From IMG/VR virus record IMGVR_UViG_3300022845_000001: a stretch of 64,000 nucleotides of DNA, one strand, 5' to 3'. Shown here one piece after another: positions 58,482 to 64,000 of this stretch (within the stretch, counting starts at the first letter, position 1; each line of letters begins with the position of its first letter). The notes under the pieces are model-generated. The model had not been told where the DNA came from. It did not search any database and worked only from the letters and a program-made list of their open reading frames with translations. Made by a program: the position numbers and the translations under genes. The stretch comes from an uncultured virus (IMG/VR IMGVR_UViG_3300022845_000001). Taxonomy: Duplodnaviria > Heunggongvirae > Uroviricota > Caudoviricetes.

Positions 58482-58662
58482 TTTTCTCTTTGGTTTCCTT
58501 TATAATGGTGTAAAACTCTTCGTGATTTAAATTAATATTAAGTCCATAATCCAACTTATCAATTACTCTTTCAGTTTTTCCGGTCACATCGAAACTTTTT
58601 ACAACTTCATCTGTACCGAACTCCCTTATTTCTATATGTTTTTCCATCTTGTTAAACATCAT
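58471..58662 (-). CDS. hypothetical protein
   Basis: GLNINLNHEEFY motif. Confidence 0.65.
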   Translation of the reverse strand: MMFNKMEKHIEIREFGTDEVVKSFDVTGKTERVIDKLDYGLNINLNHEEFYTIIKETKEKNDK

Positions 58663-59005
58663 CCTTCTTGTTAATTACTGCTTTTTGTAATCGTTCTAAC
58701 ATACCCAGCCCCAATTCAAGCATTTCTTTACCAGTATGTTCCATAGAAGGAAAACTTGATGGGAAAAATTTATACCTATTATAGTGCCTAATAAAAAATC
58801 TAAGCACCATTATTTCTAGTTCGCAACTAATAAAATGAATACGAAACATATCATTTTCAGGGTTATCTGTTTCAGTATATAAATACATAATCCTTTCTTC
58901 CATTTCATGAAAAGCATCTTTTGTGTCCTTGTGATTATTTATCACAAAATAACATCTACTTACTGATGAATACATATATCTATTTATTTCTTTTTTGCTT
59001 ATCAT
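58652..59005 (-). CDS. hypothetical protein
   Basis: Co-oriented ORF. Confidence 0.6.
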   Translation of the reverse strand: MISKKEINRYMYSSVSRCYFVINNHKDTKDAFHEMEERIMYLYTETDNPENDMFRIHFISCELEIMVLRFFIRHYNRYKFFPSSFPSMEHTGKEMLELGLGMLERLQKAVINKKDDV

Positions 59006-59055
59006 ATTGTATTTGAATTTTAAATAGGATTAACTTTATTCTGATGTTAGTGGTG

Positions 59056-59241
59056 TTAAGCGCAAACCTCTAGTAACACCCATTCCCATTTTGGTTTATT
59101 TTTCATCGCTATTGTCTTTTTACAATCTGCGATACTCATTGGTTCAGTTTCCCATAGGATTCTTTTATCTCCCAAAATTTGAGCAGGGAGGTACATTTTT
59201 TCTTGTGAAACTTTTACTTTTTCAATTCTATACTCTTTCAT
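59056..59241 (-). CDS. hypothetical protein (start trimmed)
   Basis: AAAACCATG start at 59241. Confidence 0.55.
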   Translation of the reverse strand: MKEYRIEKVKVSQEKMYLPAQILGDKRILWETEPMSIADCKKTIAMKNKPKWEWVLLEVCA

Positions 59242-59467
59242 GGTTTTATTTTGTGTTTGAATTTTAAATAAATAATAAGTGATGAAACCCCTACTACTCA
59301 TACAAGACTTATTAAAATATTGCCTTCTGGCCGTACCTCGACTATCTTAGGTATAATATCATAGGATGGCCCATGATTCTTAACATAGTCAATACATTTT
59401 TTTGCTGTGCCTTCAAAGGCTACTGTGCTATCGAGTAAATCAATTACTTCGTACATTTTCTTTTGGG

Positions 59468-59728
59468 TTAAATTTGAATTGTTAATTTTACATTTTGTTT
59501 TGGAGATGTCTCTATTGATCCATTTCCAATAGGATAAACACTAACTGAAAATGATTCATCGTATAGGCAGTGGATGTCAAAAATATTATTGTTAATTTCA
59601 AAGCTTCCCCACCGGTCCAGATCTTCAAAATACATTTCTACGTCATGTACTTCGTTATCCATTAAAACCATTATTTTTAGTTTCCTTGTGAATGGATTCA
59701 CGGTTATGTCAAATGTTAGTTTTTTCAT
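59468..59728 (-). CDS. hypothetical protein
   Basis: Co-oriented ORF. Confidence 0.6.
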   Translation of the reverse strand: MKKLTFDITVNPFTRKLKIMVLMDNEVHDVEMYFEDLDRWGSFEINNNIFDIHCLYDESFSVSVYPIGNGSIETSPKQNVKLTIQI

Positions 59729-60558
59729 AGTTTCACAGTTGAGAATAATAAATTAGTAAATTCTGAGTTTTCTAAACTTAATATGTAGTCAAGTCTATAG
59801 CCCATTTCAGGATTTAATCCATTTCTTTGGCAAAACCCCATTGTTCCTGATTGACAGTTGCCAGCATTTAAGGAATGTTGAAAGCCAACAAACCTTTTTT
59901 TAAGTTTATCCTTTTCAATTTCTTCATTTCTTGAATTCAATAGTATTTTAGCCCGCATTTTTCGCCATGCCATGGCCCCGGCTATTGTTTCAGCGTGGAA
60001 ATTTGATGTTATATACCCTTTTATAAAATCTACTGAGTAATTATTCTTTGATCCTGAGGGTTGTAAATGCCTTTCATCGAAAACCTTACTGTTAATTCTT
60101 TTCCCTTTGATAGTCCAAACATGCCCTATTTCCTGTATTTCACGCAATTCTTTTTTGTTAAGGTTTATTTTAATAGATCCGTATGTAGGACTATATTTAC
60201 AGGATTTTGAATACATCTCTGTGGTATGAGCGGAGGCAAAGCTCTTACCGTTAAGGATTAGTGAACGGTAGCAACCCATCGAGTGCCCAGTATCAAAGGC
60301 ACCAAGTATTTTAATAGCTTTTTCTTGAAGTAAAATATACTCCCTAATTGAAAGATTGTGGTTCTTAGCGTTTTCAGCCTGAATTTTTTTAACCAATTTC
60401 AGATCCTCCTTTTCCTCAAACTTTACCAAGTCCTGAAGGATCAGCCCTTCTTTACCTGACCATTTTTTACGGTCTTCAATAGGCATTTTTTTCATGGTAG
60501 TCTTTAAATTAGAAGACTTACCACCTAATTCGATTATTTTTTTAGTTATATTTTTCAT
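59725..60558 (-). CDS. hypothetical protein
   Basis: 277 aa; SLNAGNC..GT..F C-terminal motif. Confidence 0.75.
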   Translation of the reverse strand: MKNITKKIIELGGKSSNLKTTMKKMPIEDRKKWSGKEGLILQDLVKFEEKEDLKLVKKIQAENAKNHNLSIREYILLQEKAIKILGAFDTGHSMGCYRSLILNGKSFASAHTTEMYSKSCKYSPTYGSIKINLNKKELREIQEIGHVWTIKGKRINSKVFDERHLQPSGSKNNYSVDFIKGYITSNFHAETIAGAMAWRKMRAKILLNSRNEEIEKDKLKKRFVGFQHSLNAGNCQSGTMGFCQRNGLNPEMGYRLDYILSLENSEFTNLLFSTVKL

Positions 60559-60956
60559 GGTTTGTTTTGTTTATTAAATATAGTCAAAAGTATATTTTCA
60601 TCATAGGCGTTTTATTTAAACGGTTGTATAAAGTGATAAATGGTATCTGTTATTTTAACGGTTTAGATACTATTTTCTTAATGCTTCGTACTGGTGCGTT
60701 TTCATGGCTTAGTATGCTCCTGATTGCACTGCCTACAGTTAGGGATACGGTTTTTATTTTAACCGTTACTGATCTATGTTTTAGGGTTATTGTGTATTGC
60801 CTCATTTTGTAAACAGATTTGAAATTTGGGCAAATGTGCTTTCTTCGTGGATATACGGGTTAACTATCCCAACATCCCCTATTTTAAATATCATCCCTAT
60901 TATCAGGACGTAAATAAAAATTGTAATGATTATTAACTTTTTCATGGTTGTGTAGT

Positions 60957-61223
60957 TTAAATTTCACTTATATAGCCCTGTATGCTTTTGGCTAGCCCTA
61001 TCGGATAATTGTACCAGCTTATAAATCCTTTGGCTCTGTTTTGTAGACCTTCTAAATCGTTAGAATACTCAATGAATGCGATATTCTCGGATCCGTCCCC
61101 ATGCGATATTTTATTTATGAAAGCATATTTCTTTTTTGAGGAGTATTTATTCTCTAGTAAAACGCTTTCCCTCTCTAGTTCAGGGTAATTATGTTTGATT
61201 ATTACGTATGAATATTTTTTCAT
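60957..61223 (-). CDS. hypothetical protein
   Basis: AAAACCATG start. Confidence 0.65.
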   Translation of the reverse strand: MKKYSYVIIKHNYPELERESVLLENKYSSKKKYAFINKISHGDGSENIAFIEYSNDLEGLQNRAKGFISWYNYPIGLAKSIQGYISEI

Positions 61224-61239
61224 GGTTTTAGATTAAAGT

Positions 61240-61524
61240 TTAAAGTAATTCCCACCCTTTATTGGTTAATTCAGGAGAAAATAATGTTTTTGGAAAAGCA
61301 TCAGGGAATATCTTTTTTAAAGATTCCCATTTTCTTATATCCCAAGAATCTATAATTTCGTAACATTTTTCTTTTGCTGTTTTTTGAGCATTGTAAAAAG
61401 TCATTGAATTACCCTCTTTTATAAGTTGAGTTAATAATATCCCCCATTTATCTGTACTGCTGTTGGCACTTAAGTCTTTAGAGGCTTGAGTTACGCATTT
61501 ATTTTTAATTGTGTCCCACTTCAT
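61240..61524 (-). CDS. hypothetical protein
   Basis: AAAACCATG start. Confidence 0.65.
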   Translation of the reverse strand: MKWDTIKNKCVTQASKDLSANSSTDKWGILLTQLIKEGNSMTFYNAQKTAKEKCYEIIDSWDIRKWESLKKIFPDAFPKTLFSPELTNKGWELL

Positions 61525-61788
61525 GGTTTTGAATTTTAGTTTGATATTTTTATATTTTTTATTTTAACATCTTTCGGACTTGATATATAATTAGGTTCTG
61601 TATCTAACCCTCGATATATCCCTTTTATTATAGCCCTCTCAATTTCATGAGAAAACTTTGAAGTTTTAATTTCAATAGAAACTTCAATCTTGACTAGTCT
61701 TTGATCTTCCATTATATTTTAGTTTATGTTAATTTTTGTCCCCTATTGTAATCAAATACCACGGTTATACCGTAGGGGAGTCTATGTG

Positions 61789-62514
61789 TTATCCTGTTAT
61801 CAATACAGTACTAACCATTGTTCCAGAAGATTTAAACGCTCCGTTTTCATTGGTTCGTATAATGAAATTTTCTTCGGAAAATTCTCTAAATGCTACCTGT
61901 TTTTTTTGATTACCAAACGTCCACGATGTTGACATTATAGATATAATTTGCCCATAATCTTCTTTTTCAGAAACCATTTTTAAAACATGGTCTATATCTT
62001 TATTTTTACTAAATGGGGGATTAGCAAAAATCAAATCATATTTTTCACTAGGAACAAAATCCATATAATCCCCCTGTATTAGATTTATATTTGGGTTATC
62101 CCTGTATTTTTCTTTTAGGATTGAAAAATTTAACTCCGATAACTCAACCGCATCAATTTTTGAATCAGGATATTTTGCTATCAATTCATCAATTAAATGT
62201 CCTTGCCCTGCGCTTGGCTCTAAGATCTTTTTAGGATACCCAATAATTTCATTCATCATTTGGCTAGATACTTGTTTGTCAGTGTGAAAGAATTGAAATT
62301 CCTTTTTAAAATCAATCACTTCTCCAGTTTTTAGCGTTTCAATTATCGCTTTTGCAGAAAAAGGGAACTCAAATGAATTGTTTTTATATTTACCGCACGC
62401 CTTATTTAATGCAGTTTTTAATCCTGCGTAATCGTTTAAATGTTCTTTTGGTAAGAATACCTTATTCCCTTCTATTATTAAGGCCCCTAAATCTTGCTTT
62501 AATGAATTTTTCAT
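61789..62514 (-). CDS. SAM-dependent amino (probably N6-adenine) DNA methyltransferase
   Basis: QFFHT, ILEPSAGQG motif I, ANPPF motif IV; start trimmed to AAAACCATG. Confidence 0.88.
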   Translation of the reverse strand: MKNSLKQDLGALIIEGNKVFLPKEHLNDYAGLKTALNKACGKYKNNSFEFPFSAKAIIETLKTGEVIDFKKEFQFFHTDKQVSSQMMNEIIGYPKKILEPSAGQGHLIDELIAKYPDSKIDAVELSELNFSILKEKYRDNPNINLIQGDYMDFVPSEKYDLIFANPPFSKNKDIDHVLKMVSEKEDYGQIISIMSTSWTFGNQKKQVAFREFSEENFIIRTNENGAFKSSGTMVSTVLITG

Positions 62515-62518
62515 GGTT

Positions 62519-63034
62519 TTAAAATAGTTTATTTGAATCAAATTGTTTTAATGTTCCGTATTTGGCAAAATATTTATTACCTTCTTTTGTTCCGCATAAA
62601 TAAACGGCTTCTCCTTGGCTGTTGTGGCTGTGTGGTTCCCCACATACAAACCCTCCCCTTGCCATTCTTTTCGGCGGCACACACTCTAAAAAGTGCCAGT
62701 AAGCGTCCTCGCACATTTCCGTTTTGGGAAACCCTTTTGTTTTTGCGTGATCTAATCCGCCCCTCCATCTCTCAGAGTTGTGCAGGTCAATAAAAGGATA
62801 TGTTTTATTATCGTGCCTATGTTCTCTTTCTTCCTTTTCTTTTTCCATTCTGATTTTATCCTGAGCTTTAAAAATCTCCTCCTCTTTCTGTGATGGAAAA
62901 CAGAATTTTTTGCCTGTGCTTATTTCTATTACCTCATCATTATTTCTGATAAAATCACTGTCTGATAAAAATTTTCCTGTCAAATTATACAATTGACTAG
63001 AAAGAGCGGATTTATTTAATGGTTGTAGTTTCAT
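62519..63034 (-). CDS. hypothetical protein, DUF1419-like C-terminus
   Basis: EDAYWHFLECVPP...FVCGEP. Confidence 0.55.
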   Translation of the reverse strand: MKLQPLNKSALSSQLYNLTGKFLSDSDFIRNNDEVIEISTGKKFCFPSQKEEEIFKAQDKIRMEKEKEEREHRHDNKTYPFIDLHNSERWRGGLDHAKTKGFPKTEMCEDAYWHFLECVPPKRMARGGFVCGEPHSHNSQGEAVYLCGTKEGNKYFAKYGTLKQFDSNKLF

Positions 63035-63045
63035 TTTAGTTTGTT

Positions 63046-63936
63046 TTAAAGTGTTTTTAAAAAAGATTTTAGCCTAGATTTTGGAATATATAAACCGAAC
63101 CCCACGTGCACCACTTTCTCACCTTCTTCTATTTCTGGTTTTATTTTTCCGTATCCCTCCCTAAATTGATCATTATTAAAAGCGAAGAAACCAAGATGAT
63201 CTTTTACTGCGTCCTTTTTCTTTTTGCTTTTACAGTGCTTCGCTTCTGCCTTTTCTCTTTTTTCTTCGGTTAATAGCTTTATTTCGTCTTCTTCTCCCCA
63301 AAGATAAATGGCCGTTTCAACCTTTTTGTCTAATTCTTTCACCTCTTTATTTGCGTACTGCAAAGACATTGAGTGTTTTCTTTCTTTTGGGTTATCTTTC
63401 AAAAATTGGTGTTTTTCCTTCGCTTCCTGTAGCTTGAATTCAAAATAATTTAAACTTTCAGGCATTGACAAATTTATTGCACTGGCTTTATCTTTCCAGT
63501 ATTCAGCCCGCCTTTCGTAGTCCTTTGCTTTTTCGCTCTCTGCTACACTTTTGCCCATTTGAGACCAATTGTTTTCTATTAATTTTCTATGTCGCCTTTC
63601 GCTGTGATGCCCTATTTTTATAGGCTCTCCAAGAGCTAGAAAATCCGAATGTTTTTTAGATGCTTCGTAATGTTTATTTGATCTTTTTTCAGCATTTGAA
63701 GCATAACCAAGCAATTTACCCGCTTTGTCTTCAGCTCTAGTTTGTGAGGTCGTTCCGTCTGTCCTGACTACAGAATATAAGAATAGCCCGTCTTTTGTTT
63801 TTCCAAGATAGTTGTAAATTTCATTTTCTACCTTTTTGCTGTATTTAGTGGTTATGGTTATTAAATCTCCTGTTTCGTGTTGCTCGCTACATTTTGCGAC
63901 GAATACATTAGGGCAATATTTTGAATAAGTGTTCAT
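63046..63936 (-). CDS. DUF3560-domain protein
   Basis: LGEPIKIGHHSERRHRK signature. Confidence 0.85.
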   Translation of the reverse strand: MNTYSKYCPNVFVAKCSEQHETGDLITITTKYSKKVENEIYNYLGKTKDGLFLYSVVRTDGTTSQTRAEDKAGKLLGYASNAEKRSNKHYEASKKHSDFLALGEPIKIGHHSERRHRKLIENNWSQMGKSVAESEKAKDYERRAEYWKDKASAINLSMPESLNYFEFKLQEAKEKHQFLKDNPKERKHSMSLQYANKEVKELDKKVETAIYLWGEEDEIKLLTEEKREKAEAKHCKSKKKKDAVKDHLGFFAFNNDQFREGYGKIKPEIEEGEKVVHVGFGLYIPKSRLKSFLKTL

Positions 63937-64000
63937 GGTTTGTTTCGTTTATCTTGATATAAATGTAATAAATTGGAAACCAGTAAACTAGGAAACTTAC

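Overview
The whole 64-kb window is part of an AT-rich tailed dsDNA phage (or prophage) genome, very probably infecting a Bacteroidota host (TAnnTTTG promoters, A-rich Shine-Dalgarno-less starts). No host chromosomal genes or genome ends are visible. It has three blocks. (i) 1-11.9 kb, minus strand: small accessory genes, a lambda-O-like initiator with iterons, DnaB, and atypical tRNA-like or structured RNAs. (ii) 12.0-44.9 kb, plus strand: a podovirus-type virion module with crAss-like order (TerL, portal, scaffold-like, major capsid, tail fibres, ring/muzzle, ejection proteins, amidase). (iii) 44.9-64 kb, minus strand: tyrosine recombinase, exonuclease, SSB, RNA ligase, methyltransferase and many tiny early genes. 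The most unusual signals are: a 1.7-kb array of attC-like palindromes flanking single-gene cassettes (5.4-7.2 kb), with related remnants at 48.7-49.1 and 57.7 kb; a tRNA-like RNA nested inside another tRNA-like RNA beside a pseudoknotted RNA (4.2-4.6 kb); and a promoter-terminator unit whose loop is antisense to the AAAACCAUG start motif of many minus-strand genes (11.87-11.95 kb). All calls come from motif reading only; no database searches were run.
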